45,653 bases of DNA from Kipferlia bialata (taxonomy: Eukaryota). Below, in pieces: positions 35,301 through 45,653 of this stretch; the stretch's first letter is position 1; each line of letters opens with the position of its first letter. The notes under the pieces were generated by a model. It was given only the letters and a program-made list of their open reading frames with translations. It had not been told where the DNA came from and searched no databases. The position numbers and the translations under genes were made by a program. The DNA lies in contig BDIP01000020.1 of assembly GCA_003568945.1 (NCBI GenBank), positions 1 to 45,653 on the forward strand, written 5' to 3'.

Positions 35301-38034
35301 ACCCACGCCACAGAGGATCTGACATCCAGGTTCGAGGGTATGTTGGGTGAGAAGGAGGCTGAGGTGCAGAGGGTGAGGGCAGAGGTGGCGGCAGGGGCCC
35401 AGGCCCTTGCTGCCCTGTCCGAGCAGCACCAGGTCGAGATTGCCTCTCTGAGGGAGGAGCTGGCCAAGACCCACTCCAGCCTGGAGGCCACATGCGTCCA
35501 GAGGGACTCCCTGCTGGAGTCCGTGGCCCAGCTCTCCACCGATGTGCAGGGCATGCACAACATGGCACAGGAGCAGGGAGAGACGGAGGAGGCTGAGGTA
35601 GAGGCCGAGGTGGAGGAGGTTGCTGAGCCCGAGCCCGAGGTTGCTGACCCTCTCTCCTTCGTAACTGAGGAGCCCGAGGCTGAGGCTGAGCCTGAGGTTG
35701 CTGACCCTCTCTCCTTCGTAGATGAGGAGCCCGAGGCTGAGGCNNNNNNNNNNNNNNNNNNNNNNNNNNNNNNNNNNNNNNNNNNNNNNNNNNNNNNNNN
35801 NNNNNNNNNNNNNNNNNNNNNNNNNNNNNNNNNNNNNNNNNNNNNNNNNNNNNNNNNNNNNNNNNNNNNNNNNNNNNNNNNNNNNNNNNNNNNNNNNNNN
35901 NNNNNNNNNNNNNNNNNNNNNNNNNNNNNNNNNNNNNNNNNNNNNNNNNNNNNNNNNNNNNNNNNNNNNNNNNNNNNNNNNNNNNNNNNNNNNNNNNNNN
36001 NNNNNNNNNNNNNNNNNNNNNNNNNNNNNNNNNNNNNNNNNNNNNNNNNNNNNNNNNNNNNNNNNNNNNNNNNNNNNNNNNNNNNNNNNNNNNNNNNNNN
36101 NNNNNNNNNNNNNNNNNNNNNNNNNNNNNNNNNNNNNNNNNNNNNNNNNNNNNNNNNNNNNNNNNNNNNNNNNNNNNNNNNNNNNNNNNNNNNNNNNNNN
36201 NNNNNNNNNNNNNNNNNNNNNNNNNNNNNNNNNNNNNNNNNNNNNNNNNNNNNNNNNNNNNNNNNNNNNNNNNNNNNNNNNNNNNNNNNNNNNNNNNNNN
36301 NNNNNNNNNNNNNNNNNNNNNNNNNNNNNNNNNNNNNNNNNNNNNNNNNNNNNNNNNNNNNNNNNNNNNNNNNNNNNNNNNNNNNNNNNNNNNNNNNNNN
36401 NNNNNNNNNNNNNNNNNNNNNNNNNNNNNNNNNNNNNNNNNNNNNNNNNNNNNNNNNNNNNNNNNNNNNNNNNNNNNNNNNNNNNNNNNNNNNNNNNNNN
36501 NNNNNNNNNNNNNNNNNNNNNNNNNNNNNNNNNNNNNNNNNNNNNNNNNNNNNNNNNNNNNNNNNNNNNNNNNNNNNNNNNNNNNNNNNNNNNNNNNNNN
36601 NNNNNNNNNNNNNNNNNNNNNNNNNNNNNNNNNNNNNNNNNNNNNNNNNNNNNNNNNNNNNNNNNNNNNNNNNNNNNNNNNNNNNNNNNNNNNNNNCCCG
36701 AGGCTGAGGCCAAGCCTGAGGTTGCTGACCCTCTCTCCTTCGTAGATGAGGCCCCAGAGGCTGAGGCTGAGGCTGAGGTTGAGGTTGAGGTTGAGGTTAA
36801 GGAGGCTGACCCTCTCTCCTTCATAGATGAGGCCCCAGAGGCTGTGGCTGTGGCTGAGGCTGAGGCTGATGTTGAGGAGGCTGACCCTCTCTCCTTCGTG
36901 GATGAGGCCCCAGAGGCTGAGGTAGAGGCTGAGGTAGAGGTTAAGGAGACTGACCCTCTCTCCTTCGTGGATGAGGCCCCAGAGACTGAGGTAGAGACTG
37001 AGGCTGAGGCTGAGGTTGAGGTTAAGGAGGCTGACCCTCTCTCCTTCGTGGATGAGGCCCCAGAGACTGAGGTAGAGGCTGAGGCTGAGGCTGAGGTAGA
37101 GGTTAAGGAGGCTGACCCTCTCTCCTTCGTGGATGAGGCCCCAGAGGCTGAGGCTGAGGCTGAGGCTGAGGCTGAGGTTGAGGTTAAGGAGGCTGACCCT
37201 CTCTCCTTCGTGGTTGAGGCCCCAGAGGCTGAGGCAGAGGCTGATGCTGAGGCTGAGGTTGAGGTTGAGGAGGCTGACCCTCTCTCCTTCGTGGATGAGA
37301 CCCCAGAGGCAGAGGCAGAGGCAGAGGCAGAGGCTGAGGTTGAGGCTAAGGTAGTTGACCCTCTCTCCTTCGTTGATGAGGCCCCAGAGGCTGAGGCTGA
37401 GGCTGAGGTTGAGGTTGAGGCTAAGGATGTTGACTCTCTCTCCTTCGTGGATGAGGCCCCAGAGGCTGAGGCTGAGGCTGATGCTGAGGTTGAGGCTAAG
37501 GATGTTGACTCTCTCTCCTTCGAGGATGAGGCTCCAAAGGCTGAGGTAGAGGCTGAGGTAGAGGTTAAGGAGGCTGACATTCTCTCATTTGTGGATGAGG
37601 CCCCAGAGGCTGAGGCTGAGGCTGAGGCTGAGGCTGAGGTTAAGGGTGTTGACTCTCTCTCCTTCGAGGATGAGGCTCCAAAGGTAGAGACTGAGGTTGA
37701 GACTGTGGAGCCTGAGCCCGTGGCCAAGGTCGAGGTGACTGAGGAGGTCCAGGCTGAGGCTCCTGCCTCTGATGTTACTGTTGAGATTGTCAACCCTCTT
37801 GCTAAGGCCCTCAGGCCCCAGGAGACTGAGGTAGTGTCTCCCCTTGAGGCGTCTGAGTCTGACTTTGAGGAGTCTGACGAGCCTGCCCCTGCCCCTGCCC
37901 CTGTCAGTGAGGACGAGGACGAGTGGTCTGAGGACGAGGAGTCCAAGGACAACAACCCCCTAGGCGGGGATGAGTGGGGTGCTGTGGAGGAGGAGGGCGA
38001 GGAGGTGGAGTTTGACCCACTGTCGTTCCTCTAA
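32315..38034 (+). CDS. FKBP15: FKBP15-like protein: WH1/PH-like domain, degenerate FKBP domain, long coiled coil, acidic repeat tail
   Basis: ATG 32315 and two 5' introns; YYAFRDSQGHAWSINF (WH1-like motif of FKBP15); GSGKVCEEGDKAGVTYT...FEGLDCATLGMTKGGRRVVWCP...MEVSL (FKBP fold); long heptad region; the same repeat flanks both sides of the N gap; ends FDPLSFL* at 38034. Confidence 0.75.
35626..37690 (+). repeat. Coding minisatellite, about 60-81 nt unit, (EA)n-EVEVKEADPLSFVDEAP
   Basis: Core gaccctctctccttcgtggatgaggccccagag recurs twice before and 13 times after the gap; the last four encode DSLSF or DILSF; spacers are (gaggct)n. Confidence 0.95.
35744..36696. other. Assembly gap (953 N) inside the coding minisatellite
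   Basis: Run of N with the same repeat unit on both sides. Confidence 1.
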
Positions 38035-38070
38035 ACTGAATAGAATGAATTAGAATTGCAACAGATAGGT

Positions 38071-39509
38071 CTATTCACTCGGATTCGTGCTGGCACCAAT
38101 AACATCAGCAGTACCATCAGCAATACCATCATCCTTTACATCCAGCCAGGGTATAGCAGGGCCAGCCCCCACCTGTAGCTGGGCAGCATCGTCCTCTTGC
38201 ATCTTGCACAGAAGGCCCTGTCTCTCACTGTCGGGCCCTAACACATGCACTGGCTCAGACACCTCAGGTTGTGGGGTGTCACAGGCCTGAGCCTCTCCCC
38301 CATCTACGGTCTCACCCTCTCTGTCAGTGGGACTGCAAGGCTCCCCAGACAGAGAGGCAGGGGGAATGGGCTCCCTGTACTGAGGCTCATCATACCAGGA
38401 GGGACGCTCAGACTTCCAGCCGGTGCTGAACCGTGCTTCATCAACCCTATTCTCTGTGATGGCCTCTCCCTCTCCACCCTCCCCCTTATCAGGCACTGGT
38501 ACCCCCCAGTCCACTATCTCCTCTGGTTCCCTTGGCTCCTCAACCACTCCTTGCTCACCATAGGGACCATACTGATCACACTCATCCTGATAGGACCTAG
38601 AGTGGTCCCTCTCTCTGTATCTGTATCCATCCGGCTCATAGTACGAGTCATACTCCCTGTCCCTCCTATACCCATCCCGCCTTGGTGCATCTCTGTAATA
38701 GTCATCTCTGTAATAGTAACGGTCCTCATAATCAGCTCTTGAGTATCCCCTCTCGTACTCACGGTGGTATCCCACGTCCCTGTCTCTCTCGACCCTGACG
38801 TATCTGATGGGACTCCTACTGCGATAGGTCTCTGTCCGATACTCATACTTGTCATCTGTCTGTGTCTCTCTGTCCTCACATTGGGTGGGAACTGCGGCAG
38901 AAGCGTCAGCCACCTCAGATACAGTGTCTCCCTTCTCAGTCTGGTCCTCATCTGTCTGCACCCCACTGTCACAGGTAGTGGGTATCTGTTGTACACTGCT
39001 CGCAGGTACCTCAACGATAGGCTCAGTGGCACTAGGCCTAGTTCTGGCAGGTCTGGGTGTCTTGAGGTTTCCCTCTATGCACACCAGGAGTCTGTCTGCC
39101 ACCACTGTCCCATTGGTACGCAGGAGGGGGACACCCTGCAGCAGCTGCTGACAGATGTCAGGCTTGATGGAGTGACAGGCACACACTGACAGAAGCAGGG
39201 CTGCCAGAAAGTCAGAGGGGATAACAACCTGGGTGTTGGGAGGGACATACGTATATACACCAGTATATCACAGTCATAGTGAACACAACAGTGAGACTAT
39301 TAGAAATATTTATGATCACAACTGTCAGTAGGCAGCTCGACAATACACACACATTACTAATATCTATAGGAGAGTACCTTGGCTTCAGCGTATGCATCCA
39401 CTAACTTAGCCATCCTGGACAGGTGGGCATCTGCAGACCCAGATTCTCCTACATCCAAAGCTAGGCTAAACGGTATCAGAGAGTAGCTGTCAGGTATCCC
39501 ATCACTCAT
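38071..39509 (-). CDS. Hypothetical protein with R/D/Y-rich low-complexity centre and acidic tail
   Basis: MSDGIPDSYSLIPF...AYAEAK exon, probable small middle exon, then acceptor into VVIPSDFLAALLLSVCACHS... continuing the 371-aa ORF to TAG at 38071-38073. Confidence 0.7.
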
Positions 39510-39706
39510 CTGGTCATGTAGACAGTGCTAAGGGTCACGAGCCAGTTAACCCTTGTTGTGTTTTTGTCCGTTCAACATACGGCCAATCACTCAGCAACCA
39601 CTGGCCCTGATGCGATGTTTTCCTTTGACTGTGGTTGGACTTTACAAGCTCCCACTCTGGATTATCCGCACCCTACACCCAGCGGGGTGTCGGGGTTTGC
39701 CTCCCA

Positions 39707-42700
39707 ATGACGTTTTCTATGTCAGAACTGCTCACAAGTAAGTCTGTATATCTGTCTGATATGTGTTTCCATTGTGTGTGTCAGGTCATGTATTACACTG
39801 GCATTTGTAGACACCAACTGACCCAGGCGCCAGTGCGTATCTTCGCGACACAGCCGAGGAGTCGTGTGTCAATGTGGTGGCCCAGTTTGGGGATAGTGTT
39901 GACCTGAGGCTGGCCGAGCCCCGGCTTGTTATGAACCCTATCCTGAGTCAGGTGATACACCCCAAGGTGCTGGGGTCGTCCCCGGAGAGCGTGGCTGTGG
40001 CTGCAGCCATTGTCCACCACATACTCTCCATCAGAGAGGTGCCAGAGTCCCCTGTGTGTGCCACCGTAGACAACACCCTCCTGACAGACCTGGAGAAGGA
40101 TCCCTCAGGAACAGTAGAGACCCTGAGACGCGAGTTAGGGACTCTAGGGAAGGGAGAGGTACTGGGGAGTAAGCGGCGAACGCGGCATATGAGTGTGGTG
40201 GAGCAGAATGGGATGACTGCTGAGAGACTCATGAGGGTGCGGCACTATGTCCAGGGGGAGGTGGCCCCATTCCCAACCTCCAACGTGTCTACCTGCAACA
40301 CATACACATGCACTGTACTTGCTCTCTGCTACTGGGCCGGGTCAGGCGACCCAGACGTACGCTTCGGTGCTCTGACCCTGTTGAGGGCCGCTGTCTCTGC
40401 CTCTCCTCCCAGTGCCGCTCTTGGGATGACTGTGCTGCTGACATGCCTTGTCAACACATGCACGTCCTGCCTCTCTGACTGCAGCACTGGGGTGCACAGG
40501 TGTGTGGGTATAGACCTGGCCAGTGGGGCAGCTGGGGTGGCCATAGCATCCCTCCCCCAGTCTCTTGGTGCAGATGTCGTGTCGTGCCTGGTCTCTGTGA
40601 CACAGACCCTGTCGGGGGTGTCTAACTGTAATAGTCTCTGGAGGGTGCTGGGGGGGCTTCTCTCCACCCTCACCCTCTGCCCCCACCTCCTGACCCCCCA
40701 CACTGGGGTGCTGGCCCCTATTCTAAGGACCATCATCCATGGGGACCCCACAGATGGCCTACCCGGCAAGGCCTCCTGTCTGTATGTGGCGCTGATTGAC
40801 TGTGGGTCTCTGCCTCCCCCTGTCCTGGCAGATGTAGTAGGGAGGGGAGTGGCCTCTGGGTGCCACGGACTCCTGCTCTCAAGGGCGACTGGTGGGTGTA
40901 TGTACCAGTATATCTTCTAGCATGTTGTGCAAGTGTTTGTCTATTGTCTAACTCCCCTAGGTACCGGACTCCTGGGTCTTGGTTGTTCCACTGTTGCCCA
41001 CCTTCTCCTGTCTCTCTTCAGCCCCTCCAGGGAGGCCAGACAGGCTGCTGCCAGGGTGCTGGGCTGCTGCTGCAGTGCAGAGGCCAATGCCGGACTGGTC
41101 TGTGCCCAGGGTCTAGAGAGGGTGGATATGGTGGGCAGGTGTGTGATCAGAGCCGCCCTGTCATTCGCTGATGCCTTGTCTGTCAGTCTATTCTGTGCAT
41201 GTCTCAGCAGACTGAGTGACCTGTCCATATCCACACTTGGTCTCGATGCACATGAGGGCATCCTGATCGGGTGGGTCGGGGGCGTAGCCAAGATGGTATA
41301 CACCCCTGAGACCCTGGGTCAGTGGGGTGACCCCACCGTGCTGTGTCAGGAGAGGGGCGAGGGGGAGGTGGATGCCGAGGTGACCGATCTGTCCTGGGTG
41401 GGCCAGCCCGTGCCTGCCCCCTCTCCCTGTCTTCTGGACAGAGAGACCCTGCAGTGGATGGTGTCTGGCAGGAAGGCCAACGCCAGACACAGCGACGAGC
41501 CCCCCCTGTTACCCACCATCCTGCCCAAGGTGCTAGGTGATACGGCTGTGCTGGGTGCCCACCATGGCGTGTGTGCGGCACTGGGCAAGGCCCTAGCCAA
41601 GCAGAGAGGGGTGGGGGGGAAGGCCAGGCTGGCGGAGGCCTTCCTCGTGTGTGGGAAGGCGGCCAACATGACTGTGTGCCTCAACCTGATTGCATACACT
41701 GCACACTACTGGGCAGACCCGTCCATCTTAGCCTCGCCCTATGCTGCTGACTCTGTCTGTCGTGCACTGAGAGATGACCCCGTGGAGGTGTACAACTCGT
41801 GGCAGGGCAAGGTGACCCTATCATCTGCTGCCGTCCCCCTCAATGTGAGCATGGCCTCCCAGCCTGGCTCCATAGACTGCGCTGAATTCATGTCCATGAA
41901 TGCTGGGTTTGAGCCCTATGCCAGTGCCTGCAGACAGTACCATGCGATGGAGGCTGGGTGCGCAGAGTACATCGCCCCCTTCCTCAGCTTCTGTACCACT
42001 CTAGTGCACATGTCGGTGCCTGAGTGCATTCGTATCATAGCATCCAGGTGCAACGACACAGCTGCCTTTGCGGTAGATGCCGCCCACTCCCTCTGCTCGT
42101 CCGCCAGACAGTTCCCCTTAGACCCTCTTGTCCAGCTGTCTGCTGAGCTGAGAGGTACTCCCCAGGCCACCCTCCCCCTTGCCCTCAACTCCCCTGCCCT
42201 AGGGGTTGTCACCAAGGCACTGCACACAGCCAACATGCCAGCTGGGGTGGCTCTGGACCAGTCTCTCTGCCGCCACAGGGCATGGTTCTCAGCCCTGACC
42301 TCCAGGGTCATCAGCAGGGCGTGCATACTGGTGTGTCTGGGGGGCGATGCCTCGTGTGCACTGGACGTGCTGAGGAAGGCAATGTATGTACTGAAGACAG
42401 AGCCCTGCGAGAGTGAGCGCATGTACGTGTCATGGTGCATAGGGTCTTCCATATCAAGGGTGCCTAGTGGCGTGCAGGACAAGATTGTTCGCAACATCAC
42501 GCGCTTCTCGTCTTCCCGCACCCCCGACCCCTACCGAGAGTCCCAGAGTGCCCAGCTGAGACACGCCATAGAGGTCAGTGTGAGTGGGGGCATGGGAAGG
42601 CAGAGCGGGCTGTTCCACACCATGCACAGGAGGCAGAGCACACTGCTATCCCAGTGGAGTGTATTCGCAGATGCCCAGGAGGCCACGTGTGTAGTGGCTA

Positions 42701-44787
42701 AAGGAGGCGATGCCAGTCTAGTATCCCTCTTCTCCCACTTCCCAGGAGCCGTGCCCGCAGTGCTGGCCTCGTCCAGCTTCATTACTATTCTAGGGGCAGC
42801 GGAGGTCGCTTCCTGCTACTCCCCAGTGGATGGCCCCTGCATGCGTGCCTTGACTGGGTGGGCTGTCTCTGTGCTATCCACTGCCATAGAGACAGGGGCC
42901 TTTGAGGGACCCAGTGTGATGCGAACTGTCTTCAGTGTCATGCACACTGCTGTCATCCGCTCCACCGACCCCTCCCTATGCCGCACCCTGTGCACTCTGT
43001 ATGTGTCAGGTCTAGAGGCACATGTGGAGGGTATGGCTGTGGGGGTGGGGGGTCTGTACGACAGGGTGTTCCCAGTGGGGTGTCAGGCGGTGTGTGACTG
43101 TCTGCGGCAGTATGCTCCTGCCCTAGCAGCCAGGCTCCTGTCTCAGCTAGGGGACACTGTGCATAGTACCCCTGCTGGTGCTGCCTTCTCCCTCCTCATG
43201 TCTGCCATATCAGCAGGGGGGGCAGGGCCACACTCACCCCCGCCCTCACTGGAGGCACATGCTGTAGAGGGTGGAGACCCTCTGGTGGAGGAGAAGCGGC
43301 GCCTGCTGCTATACCTAGCCCACCGAGACAGAAGGCACCACTCTGTTGACATACCCTCAAGTCTCAAGACCACCCTGAGACCCTTCCAGATACTAGGTGT
43401 GACGTGGCTGGATGCCCTAGTAAGGCTAGGGGCAGGGGGGGTACTAGCAGATGACATGGGCACCGGCAAGACACTGCAGCTACTGGCAGCCGTGTCTCTG
43501 TGTAAGGCCAGGGGTAGCACCCTGCCTAGTCTAGTGGCTGTACCTGATGGTCTGGAGGGGCAGTGGATGGATGAGATACACACCCACACCAGTCTGATAG
43601 GGCACAGGCACAACAGAGAGACCAAGGGCGGGAAGGCCCCGTGGACAAACCCTTCCCTTTCAAATACGGACCAACCCGACGTTATAGTGGTTGGGTTACG
43701 ACACCTTTCCGATCCCGCTCTCCTTGAGCGTAGTTATTCCATAGTGGCTCTCGATGAGGGCCACGTCTTATCAGAGAACCGATACGTGTACAGTCACATT
43801 GTGGCCCTGGGCAACCGTGCGTCTGCGCGTATCATCCTGGCCGGCACCCCTGTGCTGCAGAGGCTGTCTGACATATACCCCGTCATGACATATGCAGTGC
43901 CCGGGCTGCTGGGGGACAAGGCAGAGTTTGTAGCCTCCTTCCCCACCCTCAGGGACAGCAGGACAGGGGCATTCCGTACCACTACCACCCAGTCAGTGCA
44001 GAGGGAGAGGCTGCAGCAGAGGGTGGCCGAGGATAGGATAGTGAGGCTGAGGGGCAGGATCAGACCGTTTGTCCTTCGTCGTACCCGGGCAGATGTCATC
44101 ACGGAGCTGCCCAGGTTGACCAGTGTGCCCCTTCTATTGGACCTGTCCCCCCTGCAGCTCAGCCTCTACACGTCCATCTGCCGTGCCCATCCCTCCCTGA
44201 TAGACTCAGTGGCAGAGGCATGTACAGGCACAGAGGGGTGTGATGTGTACACACCCCCAGCCACTGAGACCGCTGCCCAGGCCGACCTGCTCAAGGTGTG
44301 CACCCACCCCACTCTGTTAGGGGTCCAGGGGGAGTCATCCAAGTACAGTGTCACCAGTGGCATCATCGGGTCCCTGGGCACCACCTCCAAGGCAGTCATC
44401 TTCTACAGCACCCCAGGCCAGGAGGCAGAGCTGTCCCAGTGCGTGGATGCGGCACTCAAGGTGCAGGGGAGGCGGAGTGTGTGTGCGTCTGTGGCCAAGC
44501 ACCTCGAGGAGAGCGTCTCCGCGTTCATGTCGGCTGATGTTGCTGTGCTCCTCGTGCCCTACAGTGTGGGTGCGGTGGGTCTTAACCTGCAGGCAGCAGA
44601 TACAGTGGTGCTGTTGGAGAGTGCCCAGTGGGCCATTGAGGAGCAGGCCATAGCCAGGGTGTACAGGATGGGGCAGACCAGGTGCGTCACGGTGTACAGG
44701 CTGGTGGCCAAGGACACATACGAGCACAGGCTCTGGCAGGTTAGGGAGAGCGCTAAGGGAGACGCAGTCGCGCTTCTAGAAGAATAG
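39707..44787 (+). CDS. BTAF1: Mot1/BTAF1-like SNF2 ATPase (TBP regulator), divergent
   Basis: Long helical HEAT-like N-terminus, then IPSSLKTTLRPFQILGVTWL...GGVLADDMGTGKTLQ, ALDEGHVL, AGTP, IRPFVLRRTRADVITELP, VGLNLQAADTVV, QAIARVYRMGQTRCVTVYRLV. DDMG and DEGH plus a C-terminal ATPase are Mot1-subfamily traits. Introns near 39738-39826 and 40892-40960. Confidence 0.8.
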
Positions 44788-44888
44788 ACGGTGTTATCGA
44801 GTGGTAATCTTGCCTAGTGAAACGTTTGAACGTATCTTGAAATATGTGTGACCACTCTGATTGACATCCTCTCTTGGATACATTGAGA

Positions 44889-45576
44889 ATGGTAGCCAAT
44901 GAGACCCCATCTGGAGGAGCCCCTGGAGGGGACAGGAGGCGCAATATGCCCCAGATACCGCCCCTGCCTGAGGGAGTGGAGGTGCCGGAGGGATTCCCTG
45001 CCATGGCTATGGGTGAGGGGATTGTTAGCTTAACTCTGTCTTCTGACCACCCTCACCCTCAGCCATGATGGCCGCGATGGGTGCCGGTCTGGACCCCGAG
45101 AGCGAGGATGGCGAGGCCTTGATACAAGGTGGGGTTTGTATCTCTCTCTCTCTCTCTCTCTCCCCCCCCCCTCCCGACTCTCTGTACCCAGGCACATCTT
45201 ACTCATCCCAGCCCTGCTCTCCTCCATCCACCATGGCCCAGACGGAACCAGGAGGAATATCCCCTCCCAGCCTAGTGTGGCCCCCACTGGTGGCCTCCCA
45301 GCTGACATATCCGCACAGATGGCAGGTAGGGTATGGTGTGTATATATATGATGCCCCTCTCTCTCTACAAGAAGGACTCAACCCTCCGTCTTCCCGATAT
45401 CTCACCACATGCATCCTCGCTGTTGCCGCTGGTGCGGATCCACAGGACAACAGGTATAGTATGTATCTATTTTACTCTCATTGTACTTCATGTACTTTCC
45501 CCTCATTCGTAGGATGCCCAATGCGGGTATGATGGCTGCCATGGCGGAGGGACACACCATCTACCCCCCCAACCAG
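44889..45576 (+). CDS. Hypothetical protein, 5' part only (runs off the window)
   Basis: ATG 44889 and about five short GT-AG bounded exons (MVANETPSGG...; AMMAAMGAGLDPESED...; ...AVAAGADPQDN; MPNAGMMAAMAEGHTIYPPNQ). Frame across 45130-45190 is unresolved. Confidence 0.55.
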
Positions 45577-45607
45577 GTAGATATATTTAGAGCTCCTCTA
45601 TATTTAG

Positions 45608-45653
<46 letters not shown>
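45608..45653. repeat. Terminal poly-C tract, probably where the contig breaks
   Basis: 46 consecutive C inside an intron at the window end. Confidence 0.9.

Noticed and set aside
35626..37690. Regularly spaced repeat resembling a CRISPR array
   Set aside because: Spacers are (gaggct)n variants rather than unique sequence, all units keep one reading frame in a eukaryotic gene, and no cas genes are present.
33044..37955. Long minus-strand Ser/Ala-rich ORFs (282, 372, 365, 920 aa)
   Set aside because: Antisense shadows of the GC-rich Glu/Ala-rich FKBP15-like frame; the 920-aa one is also inflated by Ns.
1..45653. Alternative genetic code (TAA/TAG as Gln, as in hexamitid diplomonads)
   Set aside because: Conserved genes end at TAG, TAA and TGA at expected positions and long exons contain no in-frame TAA/TAG.
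1..45653. Prokaryotic defence island or mobile element (nuclease + helicase + repeats)
   Set aside because: Genes carry spliceosomal introns, the helicase is a housekeeping Mot1 type, and no transposase, integrase, reverse transcriptase or terminal repeats were recognised.

Overview
Eukaryotic nuclear DNA with GT-AG spliceosomal introns, so the supplied ORF track is mostly exon fragments and shadow frames; I rebuilt genes by splicing by eye. Short introns full of (CT)n, (AT)n and poly-C tracts, a branch point close to the 3' splice site, GC-rich codons and a Kelch-like gene ending YPxxxMRWA suggest the free-living metamonad Kipferlia bialata or a relative (inference). About 16 protein genes in order: bacterial-type Endonuclease I (5' partial), a RING-H2/MORN/LRR protein built from 84-nt phase-0 LRR exons, a putative di-haem membrane protein, a coiled-coil orphan, an RCC1-repeat protein and a TXNDC9/PhLP3 homolog (both lacking 5' ends at one G-run), an OXR1/NCOA7-like LysM-GRAM-TLDc protein, a truncated Trk/HKT transporter, a Kelch-like protein, LRRC49, WDR3/Utp12, a 756-aa orphan, an FKBP15-like protein with a DPLSF repeat tail (spanning a 953-nt N gap), an orphan, BTAF1/Mot1 and a partial gene. 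No rRNA, tRNA, CRISPR or transposon was recognised. Best candidates for new biology: the modular LRR ubiquitin-ligase gene with signs of cassette turnover, 'ghost' exon-boundary duplicates inside introns, the DPLSF motif array and the four-His membrane protein. Some oddities sit at homopolymer runs and may be assembly errors. All family calls come from remembered motifs, not database searches.
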